Below, piece after piece: positions 22,276 through 31,864 of a DNA stretch of 64,000 nucleotides. Location: assembly GCA_964472415.1 (NCBI GenBank), contig CAYYLC010000003.1:96075-160074 (forward strand), written 5' to 3'. The notes below the pieces were generated by a model that searched no databases, was not told the DNA's origin, and saw only the letters and a list, made by a program, of their open reading frames with translations. Both the position numbers and the translations under genes were made by a program. The number at the start of each line of letters is the position of its first letter. Position 1 is the stretch's first letter. Origin of the DNA: an uncultured Gammaproteobacteria bacterium. GTDB taxonomy: Bacteria; Patescibacteriota; Microgenomatia; Levybacterales; GWA1-39-11.

Positions 22276-24570
22276 ATGAAATATTACCGACCGAGACGAC
22301 GTGTAAGAGCGCAATCCAAAACTAAGGGAAAGCTCAATTCTTTGAAGCTGTTTCTGATGGGGAGAGGAATGAAATATATCTTTTTTGGGCTTATTATATT
22401 GCTTATTGTTGGGTTTATTTTTGCGCTTTGGGTAAGTCGGGATTTGCCGACGCCAGGAAAACTTACAAATCCCGACTTGAAGGATTCAACGAGAATCTTA
22501 GACAAAGATGGAGAATTGTTATTTTCATTTTTCCAGGACATTAATAGAATTTATGTAAAACTTGATGATATTCCTGTGCATCTTCGAGAGGCAACAATAG
22601 CAGTTGAAGATAAGGATTTTTATACAAATCGTGGGTTTTCAGTCACTGGTTATATGAGAGGTTTGATTATCGATCCAATATTTCGGGGGCGCGTTACTGG
22701 AGGTTCGACAATCACGCAGCAGTTGGTAAAAAATGCGCTTCTTTCTCCGGAGCGAACTGCAACCCGAAAACTAAAAGAGCTGATTCTTGCGGTTCAGGTT
22801 GATAGCCGATTTAGCAAAGATGAGATCTTGGAAATGTACCTGAATAATATTCCGTATGGTGGATCTGCAGTGGGCGTTGAAGCAGCAAGCAATCTTTATT
22901 TTGATAAGAACGCAAAAGATCTTACGCTTTCAGAGTCTGCGTTTTTAGCAGGACTTCCGCAGTCTCCCTCCTATTATTCGCCGATCGTAAGTGGTGGAAC
23001 GGCGTATATTGATCGCAGTGCGATAGTTTTGAGTCGCATGCAGGAGGATGGGTATATTAGTAAAGAAGAAGCGGAAAAGGCTCTTGCAGAAATTAAGAAT
23101 TTTACTTTTGATCAAAAAACAGGAAGTATTAAGGCGCCACATTTTGTGATGTACGTGAGACAGCTTCTCATAGATCAGTTTGGGGAAAATCTTGTGGAAA
23201 ATGGAAATCTTACTGTAACTACTACACTTGATTCCAATATTCAAGAAAAAACAGAAAAAGCAATAACGGAAGAATTTGAAAAGTTTGAGGGATATGATGT
23301 AAATAATGCAGCATCTGTTGTGTTGGATGTGGAGACAGGAGGAGTCCTTGCGATGGTTGGGAGCGTTGATTATTTCGATACAGGGAATGATGGAAATTTT
23401 AATGCTGCAACTGCACTCAGGCAGCCGGGTTCATCACTCAAGCCAATAACGTATGCTGTTGCCTTTGAAAAAGGTTATACACCAGCAACGCTTGTTATGG
23501 ATGTAAGGACGAATTTTACATCGGGTACGAATGGAGACCCAGATTATCGTCCGGTAAATTATGATGGAGAATATCGGGGACCTGTACAATTACGGTTTGC
23601 ATTGGGAAATTCTCTTAATGTACCGGCAGTAAAAATGCTTGCTCGCGTGGGGATTGAACCAGTTCTGGAGAAAGGATATGAAATGGGAATTGGTAATTGG
23701 GAACCAACTCAAAACAATCTATCAAATGTAGGATTATCTCTAGTTTTAGGAGGACGAGAGGCAACGCTTCTGGATGTGACATCTGCGTTTTCAGTTTTTG
23801 CACGAGGCGGTAAGCAAATAGATCCTCATGCGATAGAGAAGGTTGAGGATAGAAACGGAAAAACGCTCTATGCGTACGATAGGCCGAGCCCAAAGCGGGT
23901 TTTTTCTGAAGAAACTTCATTTTTGATATCCCATATATTACTTGATAATAATGCTCGCACTGCTGCATTCGGAGCGAATTCGTATCTCAATATTCCCGGT
24001 AGAACTGTGGCGGTTAAAACAGGAACGACTGATGAGAAGAAAGATAACTGGACGATCGGCTATACTCCCTCATATACTGTAGGCGTTTGGGTGGGGAATA
24101 ACGATGCGACCCCGCTCGATCCACGGATTGCATCAGGTATTACGGGTGCAACTCCCATCTGGAATAAGGTGATGCGAGGGGCCTTAGACGGTACTTCTAA
24201 CGAAGAATTTAAACAACCCGATGACGTGAAAGCAGTCGAGATTGATGCATTTTCTGGTGGAAAGCCAGTAGATGGACAGCCGACGCGCGTAGAATATTTT
24301 ATAAAAGGAACAGAGCCATCCTCTAAATCTCCGATCTATAAAACGCTTAAGCTTTCAAAGCATGATGACGGAAAGCTAGCATCTGATCACGAAGTAGAAG
24401 AAAATGATTATGACACCGGTGAGTTTGTAGTATTTGAGGAAGACGATCCAGTATCTCAGGATGGCCAGAATCGTTGGCAGGAAGCGATTGATGAATGGGT
24501 GAAAAATACCTATGCAGCAGATCAGCCACAATACTATCCCCCCACGGAAAAATCTGATTATAAGGATTGA
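22276..24570 (+). CDS. class A penicillin-binding protein (bifunctional glycosyltransferase/transpeptidase, PBP1A-like)
   Basis: GT51 motifs EATIAVEDKDFY, GGSTITQQLVKN, RKxxE; transpeptidase SSLKP (SxxK), SLN, KTGTT; N-terminal TM anchor. Actual start may be at MGRGMKYIFF or MKYIFF. Confidence 0.85.
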   Translation: MKYYRPRRRVRAQSKTKGKLNSLKLFLMGRGMKYIFFGLIILLIVGFIFALWVSRDLPTPGKLTNPDLKDSTRILDKDGELLFSFFQDINRIYVKLDDIPVHLREATIAVEDKDFYTNRGFSVTGYMRGLIIDPIFRGRVTGGSTITQQLVKNALLSPERTATRKLKELILAVQVDSRFSKDEILEMYLNNIPYGGSAVGVEAASNLYFDKNAKDLTLSESAFLAGLPQSPSYYSPIVSGGTAYIDRSAIVLSRMQEDGYISKEEAEKALAEIKNFTFDQKTGSIKAPHFVMYVRQLLIDQFGENLVENGNLTVTTTLDSNIQEKTEKAITEEFEKFEGYDVNNAASVVLDVETGGVLAMVGSVDYFDTGNDGNFNAATALRQPGSSLKPITYAVAFEKGYTPATLVMDVRTNFTSGTNGDPDYRPVNYDGEYRGPVQLRFALGNSLNVPAVKMLARVGIEPVLEKGYEMGIGNWEPTQNNLSNVGLSLVLGGREATLLDVTSAFSVFARGGKQIDPHAIEKVEDRNGKTLYAYDRPSPKRVFSEETSFLISHILLDNNARTAAFGANSYLNIPGRTVAVKTGTTDEKKDNWTIGYTPSYTVGVWVGNNDATPLDPRIASGITGATPIWNKVMRGALDGTSNEEFKQPDDVKAVEIDAFSGGKPVDGQPTRVEYFIKGTEPSSKSPIYKTLKLSKHDDGKLASDHEVEENDYDTGEFVVFEEDDPVSQDGQNRWQEAIDEWVKNTYAADQPQYYPPTEKSDYKD

Positions 24571-24614
24571 TGAATCTCTGCTTTCTGCATAAGAAATTTT
24601 TATAGAAAGGTAAC

Positions 24615-26564
24615 TTATCCTATCTTTGCTTTCAGTTTTTCCTTGAGGGTTTTTTCTAGCTCTTTTCGGATTGGTGCTACATCTTCATTTGAAAGGTTTT
24701 TCGTTCTATCCTGATAAGTTATGCGGAATGTTTTTTTATTCTCATATTCGTCAATAAGTTCTGTTTTTATAATGAGTTTATTGATAGAAAGGATGGTATC
24801 TACAATTTTTTTGTATGAACTATTATTTTTTATTTCAATTCGAATATCTTCAATTATTGGTGGATATTCCGGAATCGGGATAAATACCTTTTTATTTGTT
24901 GCATGCTGTATTAGTTCAAGAAAATCTAATTCAAAATTTACGACGTCTTCCTCCAGAAGTTCGATATCTCCAATTCGTTTATTCTCGATAAAAATATCTG
25001 CGCCTGCACCACCTTGCTGGCGTGTTCGGAAGTCGTATGAAAAAATGCCAATATCCTCAAGTAATGCCGCAAGAATCCCTTTTAAATCAAAAAACAGTGT
25101 ATCACTACTTTTTTTTATTACTCCGCTAAAATGAGGATTCTCATCGGGAAGCGTGTCAGCCCTCTTTTTATAGATGTTTGCAATCTCAAAAATACTCAGC
25201 GTATCTTGGGGATTTTTTCTTATAACTTCTAAAAGGCTTGGTACGAGAGTGGTCCTCATATATATATGATCTTCTGATAGGGGATTTGAGATTTTAACTG
25301 CTGATTCAAGTGGTCCTTCGAATAATTCTTCAGAAACCATAGAGTATGTATAGACTTCATGAAATCCCCAGTATTTCATCGCATTTTTTACTCTGTTTTC
25401 CCAATAAAATATGCCCTCTTCTATATTTTTTGCTTGCTTATTTGTTATCGGAGGAAGCGAATTGGGAATCTTGTCATATCCATAGATTCTGGCAATTTCC
25501 TCTATGACATCTTCTTCTATTTGGATATCGTTGGCCCTGAAGCTTGGTGGAGTAACATTCCAAGAAGTTTTATTGCCGACAATTTGAAATGAAAGCATGG
25601 TAAGAATTTCTTTGACAGATCTATCAGGAATTGTGGTTCCGATGATATGGTTAATGCGCTCTTTTCGAACAGGTATCTTTGCTGTCTTTATAGGGTTTGG
25701 ATACAGATCTATAATATCTCCAACAATTTTTCCGTCTGCATATTTCCTATAGAGTTCAATTCCTCGTTTGAGAGTAGGTGGAATAAGCTCTGGGTCTACT
25801 CCTTTTTCATTTAGGATTGCAGCTTCAGAACGAAGTTCTAGTGCAAGAGATGTCTTGCGGATTTTTTTTGGACTATTGTTGTTGAGGAATAGTACGATTC
25901 GTTTTGTGGTATTTGTTACAACGCTATTTTCAAGTCCCATAATACCGAGCAGATCTATGATTTCGCCTGATCCATCAATTGCCACAATATCTCCTCCTGG
26001 GAGAACATAAGTTCGCTCATCAAGTGTTTTAATGATTTCACTCTTTTCAGATTCACGAATACTAATTTTTTTGTCTTCAATCCTGTCATAGTCAAATACG
26101 TGCGCGGGGTGTCCAACTTCTCGCATGATGTAGTTCGTGATATCGATGAGATTGTTAAGAGCTCTAATACCGCTTTTCTCAAGCCGATCTTTTATAAAAT
26201 CCGGAGAGTCTTTTACTGTGACATCCATGATTACGGCAGATACTCTATTCGTGAGTTTTTCATCAATTCGAATATCGAGATGAGTACTTTTTTTTGTAGT
26301 TTTAATATTTGTTGGCAATTCTTTGAATTGTGCTGTAAAGCCATTTTGGGGCAATATTGCTGAAAGTTCTCTTGCAAGGCCTACTGCAGACATGAGATCT
26401 ACACGGTTTGTTGTAACTTCTATATCATAAAGAAAATCATTTCCTATTTTTTCTAGACGCTCTACTGAGACGCTTGCGAGAGAAAGATATTTGGAAATAT
26501 CTTTGGGTGTAGCGTTTGTGGTTATGTGATCGCGTAAAAAGCTATCCAAGATTTGTATATTCAT
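24615..26564 (-). CDS. pheT: phenylalanyl-tRNA synthetase beta subunit, short form lacking the N-terminal OB-fold tRNA-binding domain
   Basis: 649 aa; B1, B3/4, B5 and catalytic-like domains recognisable (TNRVDLMSAVGLAREL, ferredoxin-fold anticodon-binding C-terminus). Immediately downstream of pheS. Confidence 0.85.
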   Translation of the reverse strand: MNIQILDSFLRDHITTNATPKDISKYLSLASVSVERLEKIGNDFLYDIEVTTNRVDLMSAVGLARELSAILPQNGFTAQFKELPTNIKTTKKSTHLDIRIDEKLTNRVSAVIMDVTVKDSPDFIKDRLEKSGIRALNNLIDITNYIMREVGHPAHVFDYDRIEDKKISIRESEKSEIIKTLDERTYVLPGGDIVAIDGSGEIIDLLGIMGLENSVVTNTTKRIVLFLNNNSPKKIRKTSLALELRSEAAILNEKGVDPELIPPTLKRGIELYRKYADGKIVGDIIDLYPNPIKTAKIPVRKERINHIIGTTIPDRSVKEILTMLSFQIVGNKTSWNVTPPSFRANDIQIEEDVIEEIARIYGYDKIPNSLPPITNKQAKNIEEGIFYWENRVKNAMKYWGFHEVYTYSMVSEELFEGPLESAVKISNPLSEDHIYMRTTLVPSLLEVIRKNPQDTLSIFEIANIYKKRADTLPDENPHFSGVIKKSSDTLFFDLKGILAALLEDIGIFSYDFRTRQQGGAGADIFIENKRIGDIELLEEDVVNFELDFLELIQHATNKKVFIPIPEYPPIIEDIRIEIKNNSSYKKIVDTILSINKLIIKTELIDEYENKKTFRITYQDRTKNLSNEDVAPIRKELEKTLKEKLKAKIG

Positions 26565-26566
26565 AA

Positions 26567-27601
26567 TTAAAATTGCCTAAGAAACTCTATTTTATTTGAG
26601 TAAATCAGTCTGAGGTCGGGGATTTTTAGTCCTTCTTTCATCATCAGAACCCGCTCCACTCCCCAGCCAAATGCGAATCCGGAATATTCTTCAGGATCTA
26701 TTTTTCCTGCCTTTAATACATTTGGATGTACCATGCCAGCTCCACCCAGCTCAAGCCAGCCTTCTTTACAAAGCTTGCATCCTACACCATCACACATTCC
26801 ACAACTGATATCGACTTCAAATGACGGCTCGGTAAATTGAAACTGATATGGCCTGATTCGTGTAGTGCGATTTTCTCCGAAATATGATTTTGCGAAATAA
26901 TCGAGGACCCCTTTCAGATGTCCGATGGTGATATTTTTATCTACTACTAAGCCTTCAAACTGATGAAACATTTCTGTGTGTGAGATATCGCTTTGGCGGC
27001 GGTAGCATTTCGCCAGATTCAGCATATGAATTGGAAGATTCCCCTTTTCCATTTCTCGAACTTGTCCGGATGATGTGTGAGGAGTCAGAATCATTGGACC
27101 GAATTTTCTATGACGGTCGTCATCAATAAAGAATGTTTCCCATTCGTCTCTTGCCGGATGATCATCAGGGAAGTTGAGGGCTTCAAATGCATACCAGTCC
27201 CATTCTATTTCTGGGTGTCGTACTCGTGAGAATCCGATATTTTCAAATATTTTTGTAATTTCTTGGATGGCTTGTGTTACGAGGTGAAGAGATCCTATTG
27301 TGGGCTTTATCCCCGGTCTTGTGATATCTAGTTTTTCTGCGCGCGCAGTGTGTTTTCCATCTTTCAGACTCTGCTCTTTATCAGAGATTATTGTCTCAAG
27401 GGTTGTTTTTATTTCATTGGCGAGACGTCCTAATTCGGGTCTGTTTTCTTCTGGAACATCTTTGAGATTTTTTAGCTCACGGGTGAGTTTTCCCTGTCGT
27501 CCAAGAAAATCTATATAGATTTGATTTAACTCTTCGAGTGTTTCAACCCCTACTATGAGGGACATCGCTTCATTCTTTATGTTTATCAGTTCTGCTTGCA
27601 T
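26567..27601 (-). CDS. pheS: phenylalanyl-tRNA synthetase alpha subunit
   Basis: 344 aa; class II motifs (HPARD, FRxE-like, GxGxGxER) including GFAFGWGVERV. Confidence 0.9.
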   Translation of the reverse strand: MQAELINIKNEAMSLIVGVETLEELNQIYIDFLGRQGKLTRELKNLKDVPEENRPELGRLANEIKTTLETIISDKEQSLKDGKHTARAEKLDITRPGIKPTIGSLHLVTQAIQEITKIFENIGFSRVRHPEIEWDWYAFEALNFPDDHPARDEWETFFIDDDRHRKFGPMILTPHTSSGQVREMEKGNLPIHMLNLAKCYRRQSDISHTEMFHQFEGLVVDKNITIGHLKGVLDYFAKSYFGENRTTRIRPYQFQFTEPSFEVDISCGMCDGVGCKLCKEGWLELGGAGMVHPNVLKAGKIDPEEYSGFAFGWGVERVLMMKEGLKIPDLRLIYSNKIEFLRQF

Positions 27602-28004
27602 AGTATTTTATGGAGAGATCAATCATTTCTTTTGTCTCGTCAACGCATTCTAGCTTTTCAACCTCTTCTCTTGTAAGCCATTTTGCGTCATTTGTCTCTT
27701 CATCCTTCGATACGTCAATTGTATCAGAAATAGGACGTGCCAAAAAGCCGTGGAGGTGGTATATGTCAGTTGAGTATTGTTTGGATATTTTCTGGAATTT
27801 ATTTGTGGCAAGCTGAATAGTGAGACCTGTCTCTTCTCGTGCTTCGCGAATACACGCGTTAGCGATTGTCTCATCCTTCTCTACTCCACCTCCGGGGAGT
27901 TGCCACTTCATATGCATTGTAGGGTTGCTCGGGTCAAAGCGTTGCGTTAGAAGAATTTTATCGTTTTCTATAATTACAGCAAGTGCAACCTGTATGTTTC
28001 TCAT
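27570..28004 (-). CDS. NUDIX hydrolase (MutT-like)
   Basis: Nudix box GGGVEKDETIANACIREAREETGL. Confidence 0.8.
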   Translation of the reverse strand: MRNIQVALAVIIENDKILLTQRFDPSNPTMHMKWQLPGGGVEKDETIANACIREAREETGLTIQLATNKFQKISKQYSTDIYHLHGFLARPISDTIDVSKDEETNDAKWLTREEVEKLECVDETKEMIDLSIKYYASRTDKHKE

Positions 28005-28027
28005 TTTTCTATAAAAAAACCTCCCTT
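28003..28027 (-). terminator. rho-independent terminator downstream of rplT
   Basis: Hairpin aacctccc-ttag-ggaggtt at 28008-28027 followed on the minus strand by a T7 run (A7 at 28003-28009 on plus), 30 nt after the rplT stop. Confidence 0.6.
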
Positions 28028-28057
28028 AGGGAGGTTTACGCAGACGTCATTTTGCAA

Positions 28058-28411
28058 CTATTTGCTTTCAAAAGCCTGCTTCACAATGGTGGTGAATGTT
28101 TGTGGATCATTCACAATAATTCCTGCCATAGTTTTTCTATCAAGTTCAATATTTTTCTTTCTGAGCATGTTAATAAACGTGCTGTATGAATGTCCTTGTT
28201 CCTGGACCGCACCAGTGATCCGAGTTATCCAGAGGCGTCTCATATCACGTTTTCGCCTTTTTCTGCCATGAAATGAATATTGATTTGCATGCAGTACTGC
28301 TTCTTGTGCAGTCTTGATAAGTTTACTGCGTGTTCCTCTGTATCCTTTTGCAAGGCCTAGAACCTTTTTATGTTTTTGTCGGGACACTGTCCCTCGTTTT
28401 ACTCGTGCCAT
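28058..28411 (-). CDS. rplT: 50S ribosomal protein L20
   Basis: MARVKRGTVSRQKHKKVLGLAKGYRG matches the L20 N-terminus. Confidence 0.95.
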   Translation of the reverse strand: MARVKRGTVSRQKHKKVLGLAKGYRGTRSKLIKTAQEAVLHANQYSFHGRKRRKRDMRRLWITRITGAVQEQGHSYSTFINMLRKKNIELDRKTMAGIIVNDPQTFTTIVKQAFESK

Positions 28412-28417
28412 AATTTT

Positions 28418-28621
28418 TTATGCAAGTGCTAGCATTTGCTTCACTTTTTTACCAAATTTTCCGTCAAGTGTTTTCTGTTCTTTCATACGTCTTAGAGTTC
28501 TCTTGCTATGTTTTGAGCGCAAATGAGAGAGATTCTGACTTCCTCGAAGAACTTTGCCCTTTTTAGTCACCTTAAATCTATTTCGTACTGATTTTTTAAT
28601 TTTTATTTTATTTTTTGCCAT
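28418..28621 (-). CDS. rpmI: 50S ribosomal protein L35
   Basis: 67-aa lysine-rich protein MAKNKIKIKKSVRNRFKVTKKGKV in the infC-rpmI-rplT operon position. Confidence 0.9.
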   Translation of the reverse strand: MAKNKIKIKKSVRNRFKVTKKGKVLRGSQNLSHLRSKHSKRTLRRMKEQKTLDGKFGKKVKQMLALA

Positions 28622-28622
28622 T

Positions 28623-29156
28623 TTATTTTTTTGTTATTATAACAACTAATTGTCGACCTTCCATACGCATTTCACGTTCTTGTTTCGCAACGTCTTCCAG
28701 ACTATCTAAGACTTTATTCAAAACCCGTTCTCCAAGCTCCTTTTTTGTTATCTGGCGACCAGCAAATCGCACTGCAAATTTTACCTTGTCCCCTTCTGCT
28801 AAAAACTCACGAGCTTTTTTCAGTTTTATTGCTAAATCATGTTCTCCGATAAACGGTCCAAACCTGATTTGTTTAGTCTGAGAAGTTTTGGTATTTTTCT
28901 TCTCCTCCTTTTTTTTCTTATTTAAATGATACAGGAATTTGCTAAAGTCGATGATCTTTACCACTGGCGGTTTTGCTTGTGGTGCAATCTCAACCAAATC
29001 AAGTTCTTTTTCCCGTGCCATTTCTAGTGCTTCTAAAATGGCCATCACTCCAATCTGCTTATCTTCGCTATCGATAAGTCGTACCTCGCGTGCCCTAATC
29101 TGTTCGTTTTTCCGATAAAAGGGCAGATTGTTTCGTTTATTAGTTTTTCTTCTCAA
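28623..29156 (-). CDS. infC: translation initiation factor IF-3
   Basis: INEQIRAREVRLI, N- and C-domains recognisable, lysine-rich linker. infC often uses an unusual start codon, so the exact start is uncertain; overlaps the thrS end by 17 nt. Confidence 0.85.
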   Translation of the reverse strand: MRRKTNKRNNLPFYRKNEQIRAREVRLIDSEDKQIGVMAILEALEMAREKELDLVEIAPQAKPPVVKIIDFSKFLYHLNKKKKEEKKNTKTSQTKQIRFGPFIGEHDLAIKLKKAREFLAEGDKVKFAVRFAGRQITKKELGERVLNKVLDSLEDVAKQEREMRMEGRQLVVIITKK

Positions 29157-30384
29157 TGTCTTTTTTTACTTTCTCGATAAGAGATTTTAGCGCAATTCCC
29201 TTTTCTTGTTCACCGTTTCTATGTCGTACTGTCACAATGAGTTTTTCTTGTTTTCGCGCCGTTTCTTCTTCCTGACCGCCTATTATACAAATTATAGGTG
29301 CTTTTTGTAAAGTAGCGTCACGGATTTTCCCCTGCATTGTGTCATTCCTGTCGTCAAATTTTACCCGAATTCCGTTATTTTTGAGCTCGTTTGTGATTTT
29401 TTTTGCATACTCATTATTCTTCTCACTAATAGGAATTACAACTGCCTGAACAGGTGATAAAAAGAGTGGAAATGCTCCTTGGAAGTGTTCAGCAAGAATT
29501 CCAATGAATCGTTCAAATGATCCAAAAATTGCGCGATGAATCATAACAGGTCGTTTTTCCTGTCCATCATTGTCAATATATTTGAGATCAAATGCTGCTG
29601 GTTGATGGAAGTCGAGTTGTACTGTTGCAAGCTGCCATTCACGTCCTAACGAATCTTTAATATGCACATCTATCTTCGGACCGTAGAATGCGCCATCTTG
29701 CTCTTTGAGGGTGTAAGAAAGAGTGTTATCTTTTAGTGCTTGTTCGAGATCTTTTTCTGCTCTGTTCCAGTTTTCCTCCGTTCCGGCAAATTTTTCAGGG
29801 CGCGTAGCAAGTCGAAACTCATACTGAAAACCGAAACTATCATAGAATCCAATCATAGTTTTTAGGATTTTTGAGATTTCATCCTGTATCTGGTCTTCTG
29901 TTGCATAAATATGCGCATCATCCATGGTTATTTGGCGAACTCTGAGAAGTCCATTTACTTCACCAGACTTTTCTCGTCTATGAAGCCTTCCGATCTCAGA
30001 AAGCCGTAATGGAAGCTCTCGATAACTTCGTGGTCTGAACCTGTAGATCACGGTTGATTCTGGGCAATTCATAGGTTTAAGAGTATACGTCTGAGGATTT
30101 GGATCGTTTTCATCCTCTTTTATCTCCAAGTTGTACATGTTGTGATCTCCGAATTTATTCCAATGTCCGGATTGTTTGAATATCTCACTTTTAATCATGA
30201 TGGGAGTTGACGTCTCCTGATAGCCATTTTCTGCTGTAAGTTCTCTAATATATTTCTCGAGTTCTTTGAAAATAATCATGCCATTTGGTAGCCAGAACGG
30301 AGAACCAGGAGCAAGGGCGTCTGTAAAAAATAGCTCTTGTTCTTGGCCAATTTGCTTATGATCCTTTAAATTACTTGAATTCAT
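29140..30384 (-). CDS. thrS: threonyl-tRNA synthetase, catalytic core plus anticodon-binding domain only (no TGS/N2 editing domains)
   Basis: 414 aa starting MNSSNLKDHKQIGQEQELFF, which aligns with E. coli ThrRS from about residue 242 (RDHRKIGKQLDLY). Class II motifs PMNCPES, FRLATRPE..., anticodon-binding C-terminus. Only 17 bp separate it from the upstream convergent gene. Confidence 0.85.
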   Translation of the reverse strand: MNSSNLKDHKQIGQEQELFFTDALAPGSPFWLPNGMIIFKELEKYIRELTAENGYQETSTPIMIKSEIFKQSGHWNKFGDHNMYNLEIKEDENDPNPQTYTLKPMNCPESTVIYRFRPRSYRELPLRLSEIGRLHRREKSGEVNGLLRVRQITMDDAHIYATEDQIQDEISKILKTMIGFYDSFGFQYEFRLATRPEKFAGTEENWNRAEKDLEQALKDNTLSYTLKEQDGAFYGPKIDVHIKDSLGREWQLATVQLDFHQPAAFDLKYIDNDGQEKRPVMIHRAIFGSFERFIGILAEHFQGAFPLFLSPVQAVVIPISEKNNEYAKKITNELKNNGIRVKFDDRNDTMQGKIRDATLQKAPIICIIGGQEEETARKQEKLIVTVRHRNGEQEKGIALKSLIEKVKKDIEKKN

Positions 30385-30401
30385 TTGAGGGTGTTATTGT
30401 A

Positions 30402-30656
30402 TCACAGGTTGGGATTATTATTCTGAACGAAATTTACGATATCGACTATAAAACTTCCGATAATGGGAACATAGTCAATTCGTGCGATGAGAAAAGAACC
30501 TATGGCAAGAATTATGCTTACTCCGACAGTTACCCCTAGTCCCCAGGCGATTCCTCCAATAAAATTATCTCTAAGAATTTTCTTCAGTGATTTATGGGAT
30601 GCTTCGTCTACTTTCTGCATAGCTTCATTGTACCGAAAGTCCAAGCTTGCTATCAA
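30402..30656 (-). CDS. small membrane protein (84 aa), hypothetical
   Basis: Two hydrophobic helices (GGIAWGLGVTVGVSIILAIGSFLIA; VPIIGSFIVDIV). Confidence 0.4.
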   Translation of the reverse strand: MIASLDFRYNEAMQKVDEASHKSLKKILRDNFIGGIAWGLGVTVGVSIILAIGSFLIARIDYVPIIGSFIVDIVNFVQNNNPNL

Positions 30657-31206
30657 TAGCTTGCATGGATGAAAGCACTATTTGGATGAAATTTTTAATA
30701 GGAATGCCGAGTGATTTTTCGCATTGATAAATTTGTGCTCGGGGAACATTTTCTGCAAAAGATGCATCTTGCAGTTTCTGGAAAACGATATCCGCATTGA
30801 GATCTGTAAGTTTCTTGTCGGAAAGCTTGAGTGCGCAATATACGATAAATCCCGTTAATTCATCACAAGTATATAGTGCCCAGTCCATGGGAGTTTTTGG
30901 CTCTATTTTTGTGTAAGCATAATTATGTGCTTTGATTGCATGCATAATGTGCGGAGGAATTTGGTCTTTCATTTTTTCTTCCAGATATAACGTGTGTTTT
31001 TCTGGATTCTTTCTGGTTAATTCATAGTCTGCGTCGTGGAGGAGTCCGGTAATCCCCCACTCTTCTTCATTTTGCGGAATATTGGTTTGCTGCGAAAAGG
31101 AGACTGCAAGCGCACGCATTGCTGCTTCTACGGCCAAATGATGACGAATAAGACTCTGAGATTGGGTGTAGACAGTGAGGGTTTGGTATGCGCTTTCTCG
31201 TGTCAC
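30625..31206 (-). CDS. HD-domain phosphohydrolase
   Basis: H...HD motif LLHDADYE plus downstream His residues; 193 aa. Confidence 0.7.
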   Translation of the reverse strand: MTRESAYQTLTVYTQSQSLIRHHLAVEAAMRALAVSFSQQTNIPQNEEEWGITGLLHDADYELTRKNPEKHTLYLEEKMKDQIPPHIMHAIKAHNYAYTKIEPKTPMDWALYTCDELTGFIVYCALKLSDKKLTDLNADIVFQKLQDASFAENVPRAQIYQCEKSLGIPIKNFIQIVLSSMQAIDSKLGLSVQ

Positions 31207-31246
31207 TTACTTAGTATAGCAATTATTCATAGACTGTTATAGTGTG

Positions 31247-31320
31247 TGGACTTAAGAGGATTCGAACCTCTGGCCTTTGCAATGTCAATGCAACGCTCTA
31301 ACCAACTGAGCTATAAGTCC
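31247..31320 (-). tRNA. tRNA-Val (anticodon GAC)
   Basis: Reverse complement ggacttatagctcagttggttagagcgttgcattgacattgcaaaggccagaggttcgaatcctcttaagtcca: 7-bp acceptor, GCTC/GAGC D-stem, anticodon loop ttGACat, GGTTCGAATCC T-loop. CCA not encoded. Confidence 0.85.
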
Positions 31321-31537
31321 AGCATCAGAATTGATTTTATGTGTCTGTTTACTGTAGCTCGATAGAATTCATTATTTATCACCTTTTTTCTTTGAATATT
31401 AAATATTCAATAATCAGAGTGCAAGTAATCTACAGAATACGAATCTCTGGTATTTTAACAGATCGAAATTTATCCGACAATCTTTACTATTTTTAGATAT
31501 CATGTCTTATTTTTTCAGTATTAAGCAATTGCTTTTG

Positions 31538-31565
31538 TTGACACGAGAGATTTTTTTGTTACAAT
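31538..31565 (+). promoter_or_regulatory. near-consensus sigma70-type promoter (TTGACA - 16 nt - TACAAT)
   Basis: ttgaca at 31538-31543 and tacaat at 31560-31565 with a 16-nt spacer, in a 540-bp intergenic region. Confidence 0.5.
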
Positions 31566-31657
31566 AATCTTAATGAGAAAAAATTGTTCATACATGTTCG
31601 GACGCGCCCTAGTGATTACGCACTAGGGAGTTTTCCGTGTGGAATAATTTTTTTATC

Positions 31658-31688
31658 GGAACTCCCTTACAGAAGGGAGTTTTTTTAT
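31658..31688 (+). terminator. rho-independent terminator (plus strand), about 95-115 nt downstream of the 31538 promoter
   Basis: ggaactccctt-acag-aagggagtt followed by tttttttat; an upstream T-run is also present. Confidence 0.55.
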
Positions 31689-31864
31689 GGGATAAAATCC
31701 TATAAGCACTTTGACATATCTTGTGATGATGCTTTGTTCTCCCCGCGTGGGACATAAAAAAGTCTTGCGCTGGGGGAACGAAAGCACAAAAAAGTCACAC
31801 TGATGGGCCGGTGAGAATCGGTAGTAGGCAATATTCGATACGAGAGAGCCAAATTGGAGGAGTT

